32,025 bases of DNA, from positions 1 through 32,025 of the IMG/VR virus record IMGVR_UViG_3300042470_000626; one strand, written 5' to 3'. Under the pieces are notes generated by a model. That model had not been told where the DNA came from, made no database searches, and saw only the letters and a list, made by a program, of their open reading frames with translations. The translations under genes were made by a program, and so were the position numbers. Source of the DNA: a virus (lineage: Duplodnaviria; Caudoviricetes). Positions 7,764-16,012 of this stretch are shown here, in pieces (position 1 is the stretch's first letter; each line of letters starts with the position of its first letter).

Positions 7764-7921
7764 GTCCGCACCTGTTGCTGCAACTCCGACCGCACGATCT
7801 TCGTCGTGTCCGGTGCCTTGATCGCCAGACGCACCTGGCCGTCGGCGACTCGCGTGACCATGACCTCGATGTCAGGCCCGATCTGAACCTTCTCGCCTTT
7901 GCGGCGCGTGATGACGAGCAT
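7760..7921 (-). CDS. csrA: Carbon storage regulator CsrA/RsmA (RNA-binding translational regulator)
   Basis: MLVITRRKGEKVQIGPDIEVMV...QVRLAIKAP...IVRSEL matches the CsrA pattern, including the conserved Arg of the R-x-E motif. Confidence 0.95.
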   Translation of the reverse strand: MLVITRRKGEKVQIGPDIEVMVTRVADGQVRLAIKAPDTTKIVRSELQQQVRT

Positions 7922-7925
7922 GAGA

Positions 7926-7941
7926 AACGGCTCCTTCCGTT
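7926..7941 (-). promoter_or_regulatory. ANGGAN-hexaloop RBS hairpin of csrA (possible autoregulation site)
   Basis: AACGG-AAGGAG-CCGTT, a perfect 5-bp stem, 4 nt before the ATG. Confidence 0.65.
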
Positions 7942-7956
7942 GTCGTGGGTAGTAGC

Positions 7957-8433
7957 CTACAGACCGCCAGACCGCTTGGCAAGCCAAGTTTTCACCGCCT
8001 CGCGAACCGCCGGCCTCGGGTGGCTCTCGGCCGCCCACGCGAGGTAGTCGGCTCCCCGCGGCGTGGCGGCAGCCTCGTCGAGCGTCTGGCCGGCGTAGCG
8101 GCCGTCGCGGAACCGGAATGCGTCAGGCGCCGGCTCCTGGATGACGCCGGCTATCGCCTTCGCCTCCTGCTTCGTGCCGCAGAAACAGCACTCCAGGAGC
8201 CACCGGCCGCGATCCTCGTCGAGGATGTCGTGGCACTCGGCTCCGCAGGCATCGTCGGCACAGGCGTAGGTGTGGTCGATACGGCCGAGGGGGCGAATGT
8301 CCCTAAATATAAGAGGCTTTTTTTGGGCTGCTTCAGCCTCCGGCTGGGGGCCGGCAGTCGCGCGCGCGCGCTTTTGCTTCGACGGTTTCTGTTCTTCCGG
8401 CGGGATGAATGTGTCGAACAGTAGGGTATTCAT
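7957..8433 (-). CDS. Hypothetical protein with zinc-ribbon-like Cys pairs and a C-terminal FxxGR/KYxG (DUF3820-like) module
   Basis: CADDACG...CCFCG and FRFRDGRYAGQTLDE...YLAW. Confidence 0.75.
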   Translation of the reverse strand: MNTLLFDTFIPPEEQKPSKQKRARATAGPQPEAEAAQKKPLIFRDIRPLGRIDHTYACADDACGAECHDILDEDRGRWLLECCFCGTKQEAKAIAGVIQEPAPDAFRFRDGRYAGQTLDEAAATPRGADYLAWAAESHPRPAVREAVKTWLAKRSGGL

Positions 8434-10085
8434 ATGGGCAACTCCATTCGATTCTTCGACCTCGGGTCATGGGCCACAATCAACGTGTGCTTCGCGCGGG
8501 TGCAGGCGACGTATTCGATCCGCCGCTCCTCCGCGAACCGGGCGGGATCGTTCTCCTCCGACGCCCGCGTCCTCCAGTTCACGCTCGTCAGCAGCACTAC
8601 CTTCGACGCCTCCATGCCTTTGCTGGCGTGAATCGTCCCGATGCGAATCTTCGGCTCGCTGACGGCTTCGACTCCCCACTGCTTCGCGGCCCGCACCCAC
8701 TTTGTGCCGCCGTCCGGCAGGCCACTCCACGCCCCCGACGCGATCGCGTCGCGGAGGTGCTCCGTTGCACCTAGGTTCCCGAGGTCTTCGGGGTAGACGC
8801 GGTCGAACTGCTCCGCGAGTCCCTTCTTCCAGTGAGCTTTGCTGCCACGGGCCAGCCACTCGCGTCCATCCGTCGTCTTCGACGGCAGCGCCTCGAGAAT
8901 CTGCCCCCACTCCTCGCCGCTGATGCCGTTGCCGTGCTGGAGGTTCCAGAGGCCGCCCATTGCCTTGTCGCGGTTCTGCGCCCCGTTCTTGCTTTTGACG
9001 TACCGATACGGCACGCCGACGTCCTCCAGGATGTTCTTGACCCTGGAGACGTCCCGGTTCGTCCTGGCGATGACGAGCGTGTCCTCGTCGGGCCGGAGGT
9101 CGGACAGGTCGTCCTCGAAGTTCTCGCTCTCCACAACCTCGCCGTCGTGATCGGCTGGGGCGATGCCGCGATCCCAGTAGTCAGGGAGCCGCTGGAGGCA
9201 GCGTTCGCCGAGTTGCATGATCGGCTTCGGGCAGCGGAACGACTTCGGCATGATCGACTGTTTCTGAACGTCCCAGGCCATGAAGTGATCCGCGCTCGCA
9301 CCAGACCACGAATACAAAACCTGATAGGGGTCGCCGACCAGCCAGGCCCACTTGCAGGCGTCTCCGGTCACAAGCCGCCGGCAGGCCATGTCGAGCAGTT
9401 TGCTGGCGTCCTGGGCCTCGTCGAAAATCCACCCCACGACGTCATCGGGGACGCCGCCCTCGGGCGTCACGAAGTCCGGCCCCGTCTCCGGGTCGAAGCG
9501 GACGCCGCTGAAGCGGGCGAGGAGGTCGGTGAAGTCGACCCTGGCGTCCAGCCGCTTGGCCTGTTCGTACATCACGATCCGCTTGATAACCTCGTCGGCT
9601 GACGGCGCCTCGGGGTCTTGGTCGGCCTCGACCACCTCACGCAGCGGGATGACGAGGTTCCTCGACAGGCTCCAGTAGTTCAGGGCCGACGCCGCGACCC
9701 GGTCCCCGGTGTAGACCTGGACGCCGCCCTCATCGTCGTCCATCGAGAAGGCGACGTCGCTGCCGACGGCCTCCGACACCCACTTGGCGTCCTCGATGCC
9801 CCCGGTGCCGACGATCTCGCCGCGTGACACCCCCAGCATCTTGAAACACACCGCATGGGCGGTCTTGAACCACCCGTGCTGCATCAGTTCCTCCGGCGGC
9901 ACGCCCCAAGCCTTCCCACAACGCATGGCTGCCTCTGTGCGGGCCGCTCGCGTCATGGACGAGAATCCGAGCGCCAGCGGATTGCCGGCCATCTCTGGCC
10001 TCGCCAGAGCCTTCTCGGCGATGCCTTTCATCATCGTGGTCTTCCCAGTGCCTGCCCCGCCTATCGCTCTTGCGCAGATTGTCAT
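8430..10085 (-). CDS. UvrD/Rep-like superfamily 1 DNA helicase
   Basis: GGAGTGKTT, DEAQD, GDPYQ, SFRCP, TIHASKGME and YVACTRAK motifs. Confidence 0.95.
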   Translation of the reverse strand: MTICARAIGGAGTGKTTMMKGIAEKALARPEMAGNPLALGFSSMTRAARTEAAMRCGKAWGVPPEELMQHGWFKTAHAVCFKMLGVSRGEIVGTGGIEDAKWVSEAVGSDVAFSMDDDEGGVQVYTGDRVAASALNYWSLSRNLVIPLREVVEADQDPEAPSADEVIKRIVMYEQAKRLDARVDFTDLLARFSGVRFDPETGPDFVTPEGGVPDDVVGWIFDEAQDASKLLDMACRRLVTGDACKWAWLVGDPYQVLYSWSGASADHFMAWDVQKQSIMPKSFRCPKPIMQLGERCLQRLPDYWDRGIAPADHDGEVVESENFEDDLSDLRPDEDTLVIARTNRDVSRVKNILEDVGVPYRYVKSKNGAQNRDKAMGGLWNLQHGNGISGEEWGQILEALPSKTTDGREWLARGSKAHWKKGLAEQFDRVYPEDLGNLGATEHLRDAIASGAWSGLPDGGTKWVRAAKQWGVEAVSEPKIRIGTIHASKGMEASKVVLLTSVNWRTRASEENDPARFAEERRIEYVACTRAKHTLIVAHDPRSKNRMELPI

Positions 10086-10147
10086 TCGTGTCCTCCAGTG
10101 ACGGTGTGACGGCCTGTCAAGATAGGCAAGGCGTCCACCTTAAATCC

Positions 10148-11953
10148 CTATGCAACAACAACTTCCAGCGAACTGACGGTGGACGGTGAGTGATTTTCGG
10201 TTTCGGCGCCCCCCCTATCGCCATCCCCCTTTACCGGCAATTCGTTTTCAGCCCCCGAAGCCAGCGACTCGAGCGCCGCCACCCACTCCCTGGTGAAGAC
10301 GACGTACTCAAGCCGGCCGATTGGAAAGCGGTGCCGTTTGTGCGGGAAATCCCTGGCGGCCATTGCGTCAAGGAGTTTCGCCCTGACCCTGTTCCGCTCC
10401 CCCGGAGCGACGTCGTGGGCCGTCCCGATCTCCTCCCAAATCTTCCCCCACTGGAACCACAACTCGTCGGGCGTCACCCAACATGGCCGTCCAGACTCGT
10501 TCGGCTCCGGCTTCTCCTCGTCTCGCGGCTTCGTGGCCTTCTTGAATGACTGGAGGACGTAGGCCGCCAGTTGGGCGTACCGGAGGCTGGAGGTTCCGAC
10601 CTCGATGTCATCCTCCTCTCGCTTCTTCTGCATGAGGAGTTCCATCAGGCCCGGCGTGCTGACGTAGCCGTTCTCCTTGGTGCCGTCGTGGCCCTTCCAG
10701 ATTCGGTGCCACCGGCCACCGTCTCCGTCGAGGATGTACGTCCTGGTGGCGTTGAATACCGCAGATGCGACCTTCGGCGCGGACCTGAACGTGTCCAGCG
10801 TCATGTGGATTCTGCCCTTGCAGGCGGTGTATTTCCACGCGGGGACAACCAGGACGATCTCCGGCGGGTCGGAGTGGATCATCTCGATGCTCCAGTCGCC
10901 CGGCTCGTATGCGTCGTTCTTCGACGACACAGGCTTGAGTCCGTAAAGCTCGAAGGCACTGCCGGCACGCGGCCCCTTCGGCTTCGCCTCCTCGTCGGCC
11001 GCCCGCTCGATCGTCGTGATCTCAGCCTCGGTAGCCTTCTCGGTGCAATCATCGTCCGTTGGCTTCCATCCGGCTTCCGACTTCCTGCGGTAGTGCTCGT
11101 AGCAGTCAGAGATGATGTTGCGAACGTGGTCCGGGTCGGCCGCCGGTCGACAGTTGTGCTCCGCGAGCAGCATGACCTCGCGGGTCAATATCTCCTGCTG
11201 CATCCGATCCAGCGGGTTGCGCTGGTTGACGATCTTGCACCATGTCCAGCGGAGGATCGCCCGGTGCCGCTTTCCGTCTGGTATCTCTCCAAACAGGATG
11301 GCGCTTACCGGCCCCTCCTGCTTCCTGCCGGCTCCACGGCCCACGTTGTTGCACAGGGCGACGAGGAGTTCCTTTGGCGTCGGCGCGATGTCGACGTCTT
11401 CAAGTGTGAAACCGGGCTTCCACTCGTACTGCACACCGGAGCGGTGCCACGACGGAGGAAGGACGCTTTGTATCGCGGCAGCGCCTGCCCCGATGCGAAC
11501 CTCAAGGCCGCCAGGCTCGTCAGTCCCCTTGCAGTCGGCGAGCCGGTCATCCCATCGCGTCAACTGGTGCGTGGACTTTCCGCTCGTCCATGTCGGCGTT
11601 TCCAGGCCGTCCATGCCGATCGACTTGCGGTAGTTCCTCGCCTCGATGGAGTCGTCTTCGCTGTCGATCACGCCGCCACGCGGCCCCATCAAGCATCCGA
11701 CGTTGAACGGAATCCCGTCCTCGAGCCATTCCAGAATCTGATCCTCTGTCGTTGCGCATCGGTTGCCCCAGTCTGTGCCGACTGGGTGCTTGCCGACGCT
11801 ACGCTCTCCGGCCCTGCCGATGGCGTGTTCTGGGTTGCCGCATGTGCATCTGCCGTCTGGGTAGATGCCGTGGACGCGGACGAGGACTAGACCTTTCGAC
11901 AGGTAGTGGGCGCACGCCTTGAACATGGCGTCTGGGTCGAACTCAAATGCCAC
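10148..11953 (-). CDS. Bifunctional DNA primase/polymerase (Prim-Pol AEP) with PriCT-like region and an uncharacterised C-terminal half
   Basis: CTCG..GKHP, NVG....G.IDSED, TSGKSTH, VLPPSWHRSG..YEW and IPDGKRH motifs; GTG at 11953 with GAGGAGG upstream. Confidence 0.85.
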   Translation of the reverse strand: MAFEFDPDAMFKACAHYLSKGLVLVRVHGIYPDGRCTCGNPEHAIGRAGERSVGKHPVGTDWGNRCATTEDQILEWLEDGIPFNVGCLMGPRGGVIDSEDDSIEARNYRKSIGMDGLETPTWTSGKSTHQLTRWDDRLADCKGTDEPGGLEVRIGAGAAAIQSVLPPSWHRSGVQYEWKPGFTLEDVDIAPTPKELLVALCNNVGRGAGRKQEGPVSAILFGEIPDGKRHRAILRWTWCKIVNQRNPLDRMQQEILTREVMLLAEHNCRPAADPDHVRNIISDCYEHYRRKSEAGWKPTDDDCTEKATEAEITTIERAADEEAKPKGPRAGSAFELYGLKPVSSKNDAYEPGDWSIEMIHSDPPEIVLVVPAWKYTACKGRIHMTLDTFRSAPKVASAVFNATRTYILDGDGGRWHRIWKGHDGTKENGYVSTPGLMELLMQKKREEDDIEVGTSSLRYAQLAAYVLQSFKKATKPRDEEKPEPNESGRPCWVTPDELWFQWGKIWEEIGTAHDVAPGERNRVRAKLLDAMAARDFPHKRHRFPIGRLEYVVFTREWVAALESLASGAENELPVKGDGDRGGAETENHSPSTVSSLEVVVA

Positions 11954-12260
11954 TGCACACCTCCTCGATGACATGGGAAACGTCCGATGCTTCCTCTTCG
12001 CCGACATGGACCCAGGCCAACTCCATCAACCGCTTCTCGTCGGCGCTAGGCTCGCCATTCCAGTAAACGGTGAGACGCCCCTTGTGGTCGTTGACTTCGA
12101 CGATGGGCGTCGAGCATCGCGGGAGCGGCGCCAGGCCGGCGTATTTGCCGTCTCGGTCCTGGCCGAAACCGCGTGACTCCAAGAGTTCCCAGTACCAGGA
12201 GACGACCCTAAAGAGCCTCCTGTTTCGACTGTAGGACTTTTCGTTGTTGGTGAACTTCAC
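11943..12260 (-). CDS. Hypothetical protein heading the primase-helicase unit
   Basis: 105-aa ORF with a GTG start and GGAG 7 nt upstream. Confidence 0.7.
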   Translation of the reverse strand: MKFTNNEKSYSRNRRLFRVVSWYWELLESRGFGQDRDGKYAGLAPLPRCSTPIVEVNDHKGRLTVYWNGEPSADEKRLMELAWVHVGEEEASDVSHVIEEVCSGI

Positions 12261-12261
12261 G

Positions 12262-12279
12262 ATCCAACTCCGTTTGGAT
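12262..12279 (-). promoter_or_regulatory. ANGGAN-hexaloop RBS hairpin (CsrA-type site)
   Basis: ATCCAA-ACGGAG-TTGGAT, a perfect 6-bp stem, 1 nt before the GTG. Confidence 0.65.
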
Positions 12280-12322
12280 AAAGACCCCCTCCCGGCCCCG
12301 CAGTCGCAGGGGCCGGGAGGGG
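12280..12322 (-). terminator. Strong GC hairpin, possible intrinsic terminator or attenuator
   Basis: 14-bp perfect inverted repeat (12286-12299 / 12309-12322) followed on the minus strand by GTCTTTAT, a weak U-tract. Confidence 0.5.
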
Positions 12323-12466
12323 CGTTGGTCGCCCGCTGCCGTGGCGGGAAAGGGAAAACGCCAGAGGGTCAGACAGACTTCCCGTCGTTACAACGCCACT
12401 GACGGGCTGGGCCTGCCGGTCCACGGTGATGAGTCGTGGTTTGGGCCTCCGGCCAGGCCGCCGTGA

Positions 12467-13243
12467 TCACTCCTCGTCGTGGTCGCCGCCGACCTCGACG
12501 ATCGCGCCGGCCGGGGGAGCGGAGAACATCCGCTTCAGCGGCTCGACGTAGATGCGTCGCGCCACCTCGCCCTGCTCCTCGCTGACGAGGCCGACGACGC
12601 GAGGGACGATCACGCTGTACGGCTGGCCGCCGCTGCTTTTCGCCTTCTCGAGCTTCAGCCCGATGACGCACTCGAAGTGAAACGAGGGCAGACGCTTCAG
12701 AAACGGCAGGAGGCCGCGCAGGCTCCCCGGCCCGACCGTCACCAGGATCGGCCAAACGTCGCCCTCGCGGAGGATGGCGATGATCCGGCTCTCCTTGCAC
12801 CGCTTGCCCGCACCGCCACGGGCCGAGCCGTAGCCGAACTCCGGGGAGTTCGCGAGCGCGGCCCAGTCGAAACGACGGTCACCAATACGGTGCCGTTCAA
12901 GAGCCTTGGGGTCGATGGTCCCCAGGTCATCCGACACGCGGTAGCCGACGAGGAGATCGTTCGTCACGATCACAGGCCGCTGATCCGTCGGGTCGTCCTG
13001 GGGCCAGAGCACACCGCGCTTGGCGATGCCGACGCACAGGCCGACGAGTTCGTCGAACGACTCGTCATTCCCGTTCACCGGCACCGTCCACTTTGTCCCA
13101 CCGCCCGCCGGGGTCTTCACCCGGACGAGGTCTTGCTCGTTCATCGGCTCGCCATCGAGGTTCGCCTCGATGATCCGCATCTGCCGACTGTCAGCCCGCA
13201 GGGCGGGATAGTCGATCGTCTTCGTCGAAATCGCAGTCGTCAT
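12467..13243 (-). CDS. Putative single-stranded DNA-binding/annealing protein
   Basis: Lies in the replication module; beta-rich pattern (RVKTPAGGG..W, CKESR, PILVTVGPGSL); acidic tail DHDEE; AAGGAG before the ATG at 13243. Confidence 0.55.
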   Translation of the reverse strand: MTTAISTKTIDYPALRADSRQMRIIEANLDGEPMNEQDLVRVKTPAGGGTKWTVPVNGNDESFDELVGLCVGIAKRGVLWPQDDPTDQRPVIVTNDLLVGYRVSDDLGTIDPKALERHRIGDRRFDWAALANSPEFGYGSARGGAGKRCKESRIIAILREGDVWPILVTVGPGSLRGLLPFLKRLPSFHFECVIGLKLEKAKSSGGQPYSVIVPRVVGLVSEEQGEVARRIYVEPLKRMFSAPPAGAIVEVGGDHDEE

Positions 13244-13278
13244 GCTTTTCTCCTTGCATGTAGACAATCAAACCAGCG

Positions 13279-13728
13279 TCAGCCAACCGTGACATGACGC
13301 AGCCGGGGGGCAACGTGCTCCCCGACAAGACCAGCGAACGGGGTGCCTTCGGAGTGGGAGGAGCGGGCGTCCTTGCCCGCCTCCTTCGCCATCTCACGCA
13401 GGAGGCTCTTCAGCCGAGCGGTGTTGACGCTTTCCAACTGCTTCCAGCAGCCGGCAGCCTTCGCCGCTTCGATGACGGCCTCCTTGCGGTCTTCCGTAAC
13501 CGACATGAAGTGGTCGAACTCGACCCTCCACGACCTCCCTGCAACCCTGACTCCGTCCAGGCGTTGTGTCGTCATCTCCTCGACGGCCAGCGACTCGAGG
13601 TGCTGGCGGCGAGCCTTAAGTTGGTCGATGCGGTCATTGGCCTCGACCATCTGCTTATCGATGGCGGCGATTTCAGCGAGCACGGTTGAGAGCGTGCTGT
13701 CTGTGCTTGTAGCCTGTGATGAGTTCAT
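13279..13728 (-). CDS. Coiled-coil hypothetical protein of the replication module
   Basis: 149-aa ORF with a heptad N-terminal half; GGAAG upstream. Confidence 0.75.
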   Translation of the reverse strand: MNSSQATSTDSTLSTVLAEIAAIDKQMVEANDRIDQLKARRQHLESLAVEEMTTQRLDGVRVAGRSWRVEFDHFMSVTEDRKEAVIEAAKAAGCWKQLESVNTARLKSLLREMAKEAGKDARSSHSEGTPFAGLVGEHVAPRLRHVTVG

Positions 13729-15058
13729 TCACGACTTCCTTGCGTTCACGAAGTGCCGCATAGACCCGGCCGTCCACGGTGGATCGGCCGCTGATCGTTG
13801 CGACAAGGTGGTAGATGACGGTCTTCGCTGTCTGGCCTGGGCGGTGCAACCGCGCGACGGCCTGCTCGTATTCCGCGAGCGAGTAGCCGAGGCTGTAGAA
13901 CCAGCAGTAGGCCGCCCGCGTCAGGTCGATGCCAATGCCGCCCGACTGAATCTGCGCGACGAGAACAGATGTCTGTGCTTGCTGCCAATCGGCCAGTTCG
14001 TTGCGGTCGCCAGACAGTTCGCTGACCTTCCGCCCCAGAGCCTCGGCGACGCTCTTCGCCGCCTCGATGTCGCTTTTGAACCGGCAAAAAATCACTACTG
14101 GCTCCGACGCGGGCAAGTCCTCCAGCATATCACACAGCATCTTCGCCTTGGCCGGATGCTCGTCGATTCGCGACGCAGTTTTTTCGTCATCGAACCTGAC
14201 ATAGCCGCCGCAGATTTGTTGGAGCCGGAGAAGTTGCTCAAGGGCATTCTTCGGCGTGACCGAGCCGGAGTCGCAGATCGCACAGAACTCGTTCTCCACC
14301 TCGCGGTAGAGGCTTGACTCTTTCGGCGACAGGTCGCAGGCAACGTCGTGGAACGAGATCGGCGGGAGGTCTATGACGTCGGTGGTGCGAACGTAGTGCG
14401 TCGTGGCCGCGATCTTCTTGTTGGCGACGGCCAGGTTCTTGAAGCCGACCACGAACTTCTGTGGCCCGTTGGCGAAGATGGCGTAGTTGGCCTTGTGGAG
14501 CGTGTAACTTGTCCCGAACGTCTCGCAGGTCGGCGATTCGATGGCCCGGTAGATCGCCCAGGCGTCGAGGATCGAGTGCGGGATGAGCGTGCCGGTGAGG
14601 CCGAGGCGGCGGGCCGTCGGGTTGTTCTTCACCATCTTCGCCGCCCAGCGGCTCGCCACGCCCGTGGCGCTCTTGAGACGGTGAATCTCGTCCCAGACGA
14701 AACAGTCCCACTTCGCCTTTTCGACGCTCTTCAGCCGCCACGCGCTCTCGTAGTTGGTGATGACGAGGACCGGCGAGGTGTCGGCCAGGGCAGCCACGAC
14801 TGCCTTGTCCTTCGCTGCCGAGCCGTTCTGCTCGAGCGCGACAACGCGCAATTCGGGAAACCACATCCCAATTTGCTTGCTCCAGGCCGGGATCACGGCC
14901 TTCGGACAGCAGACGAGCGTTCGGTTCGCGCCGATCCGGCGCAGGTACTCAAGCGCCGTCCGCGTTTTGCCCGACCCCATCCCGTGATGCCAAATCGCCG
15001 CTTGGCGGTCGAGCGCCCAGCGAATCGCGTCTTCCTGATGCTGCCAAAGCACTGGCAT
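13673..15058 (-). CDS. SNF2-family (SF2) helicase
   Basis: GMGSGKT, DEIH, LTGT, GIGIDLT and QAVARLHRPGQ motifs; start either ATG 15058 or GTG 15052. Confidence 0.93.
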   Translation of the reverse strand: MPVLWQHQEDAIRWALDRQAAIWHHGMGSGKTRTALEYLRRIGANRTLVCCPKAVIPAWSKQIGMWFPELRVVALEQNGSAAKDKAVVAALADTSPVLVITNYESAWRLKSVEKAKWDCFVWDEIHRLKSATGVASRWAAKMVKNNPTARRLGLTGTLIPHSILDAWAIYRAIESPTCETFGTSYTLHKANYAIFANGPQKFVVGFKNLAVANKKIAATTHYVRTTDVIDLPPISFHDVACDLSPKESSLYREVENEFCAICDSGSVTPKNALEQLLRLQQICGGYVRFDDEKTASRIDEHPAKAKMLCDMLEDLPASEPVVIFCRFKSDIEAAKSVAEALGRKVSELSGDRNELADWQQAQTSVLVAQIQSGGIGIDLTRAAYCWFYSLGYSLAEYEQAVARLHRPGQTAKTVIYHLVATISGRSTVDGRVYAALRERKEVVNELITGYKHRQHALNRAR

Positions 15059-15107
15059 TCCTCCATGAGCGTGGAGGAATGTATCGGACAAGCAGCCTAC
15101 AGGTCAA
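15056..15107 (-). promoter_or_regulatory. Sigma70-like promoter plus SD-sequestering inverted repeat upstream of the SNF2 helicase
   Basis: TTGACC(15107-15102)-18 nt-TACATT(15083-15078); 10-bp perfect inverted repeat CATTCCTCCA / TGGAGGAATG. Confidence 0.55.
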
Positions 15108-15670
15108 GACACTTTCTTTCTGGTCCGTCCCGGCTTCTTGCCGGCGGCTTCGAGCGCCCGCATCTCCTTGACGTTCTCCTGGCACGAACGCCGCGAGATG
15201 ATGAAGACTTTCGACCCTGTCTTCCCCCTCGGGTTCCACGGCTTGCGGCCGACGACCTTCCCGCTGGCGATGAGCCGCGGGATCAGGGTTTGGTGGACAC
15301 AGAGGATTTTCGCCGCCTCGGCCATGCCGATGGCGTCGGCGAAGGCGATCGGCTCCTTCACCGACTTCAGGTGCCGCAGGGCGTCGGGGCGGGTGTGGAG
15401 CCACGAGCGTGGCCGACGCTCCGTTTTGCCGCCGGATGCCCGAAACCGCTCGTCATAGTCCTGGTAGTTCGCCTCGCACTCGCCGCCGTCATAGATCGCG
15501 TAGGTGCGGCTGGGATCGTCGCTGTAGAGCGATCCGGTGACGAGGTGGGACGTCAACTGCCCCTTCTCGACCATCCTGGCGGGCTGTGTCCAGTGGATGC
15601 CCATGATGCCGGCGGCTTCGGCAGAGCCGACGGCTTGGGCAAGATAGGTAACCTTTCCCGCCTTTGCCAT
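15104..15670 (-). CDS. Tandem HTH (excisionase/MerR-like) DNA-binding protein
   Basis: Two similar units, VGSAEAAGIMGIHWTQPARMVEKGQL and IGMAEAAKILCVHQTLIPRLIASGKV; ATG at 15670; next to attP. Confidence 0.75.
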   Translation of the reverse strand: MAKAGKVTYLAQAVGSAEAAGIMGIHWTQPARMVEKGQLTSHLVTGSLYSDDPSRTYAIYDGGECEANYQDYDERFRASGGKTERRPRSWLHTRPDALRHLKSVKEPIAFADAIGMAEAAKILCVHQTLIPRLIASGKVVGRKPWNPRGKTGSKVFIISRRSCQENVKEMRALEAAGKKPGRTRKKVS

Positions 15671-15697
15671 TTTTCCGCTCCCGATGGACTTGACGAA

Positions 15698-15717
15698 TGG
15701 AGGATAGGGGATTCGAA
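15698..15717 (-). mobile_element. Putative attP core: 3' end of a tRNA-Ala
   Basis: Minus strand TTCGAAT-CCCCT-ATCCTCC-A reads as T-loop, 3' T-stem, 3' acceptor strand and discriminator A; U at position 70 fits the G3:U70 Ala identity; about 300 bp from the integrase; no 5' tRNA half present. Confidence 0.75.
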
Positions 15718-15763
15718 TGGGGGCAGCCAGCAGGATGCACAAACCCGCGGAAAGGAGGCCGGT

Positions 15764-15973
15764 GTGGGGCAGCGGACATTTACGGTTCTGGTCGAGTGGG
15801 AGGACGGCGATGTGTTTGACGCCGACGAGTTCACGGTGGCGGCAAAGTCTGCCGTCGAGGCAAAAAACATCGCTCGTGCCATGTGGACTGCGACCATGGG
15901 TGCCGAGTTTCCCTCTTGCCGGGCGGAAAAATTGTTGATTCTCACGAAACGCATGATGCGCTCGTTTGCCTAA
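15764..15973 (+). CDS. Small hypothetical protein co-oriented with the integrase
   Basis: AAGGAGG followed by GTG at 15764; 69 aa (GQRTFTVLVEWEDGD...). Confidence 0.65.
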   Translation: MGQRTFTVLVEWEDGDVFDADEFTVAAKSAVEAKNIARAMWTATMGAEFPSCRAEKLLILTKRMMRSFA

Positions 15974-15988
15974 TCGCAAGGATGTGGT
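15973..15988 (+). promoter_or_regulatory. CsrA consensus-like hairpin in the integrase leader
   Basis: ATCGC-AAGGAT-GTGGT (two G-U pairs) containing CAAGGATGT; a second AGGGA lies in the SD about 15 nt downstream. Confidence 0.55.
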
Positions 15989-16012
15989 ACTTCCTACGAG
16001 GGAGACACCACC

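Noticed and set aside
12420-12445. Hammerhead ribozyme (TGATGAG-like core)
   Set aside because: The sequence is GTGATGAG rather than CTGATGAG, and no correctly placed GAAA strand follows.
13785-13805. Second attC-like half-site (GCCGCTGATCG)
   Set aside because: It lies inside the SNF2 coding region and lacks the complementary arm and AAC box; likely chance.
15640-15780. Complete tRNA gene
   Set aside because: Only the T-loop-to-discriminator 20 nt are present; the 5' T-stem strand, anticodon arm and D-arm are absent.
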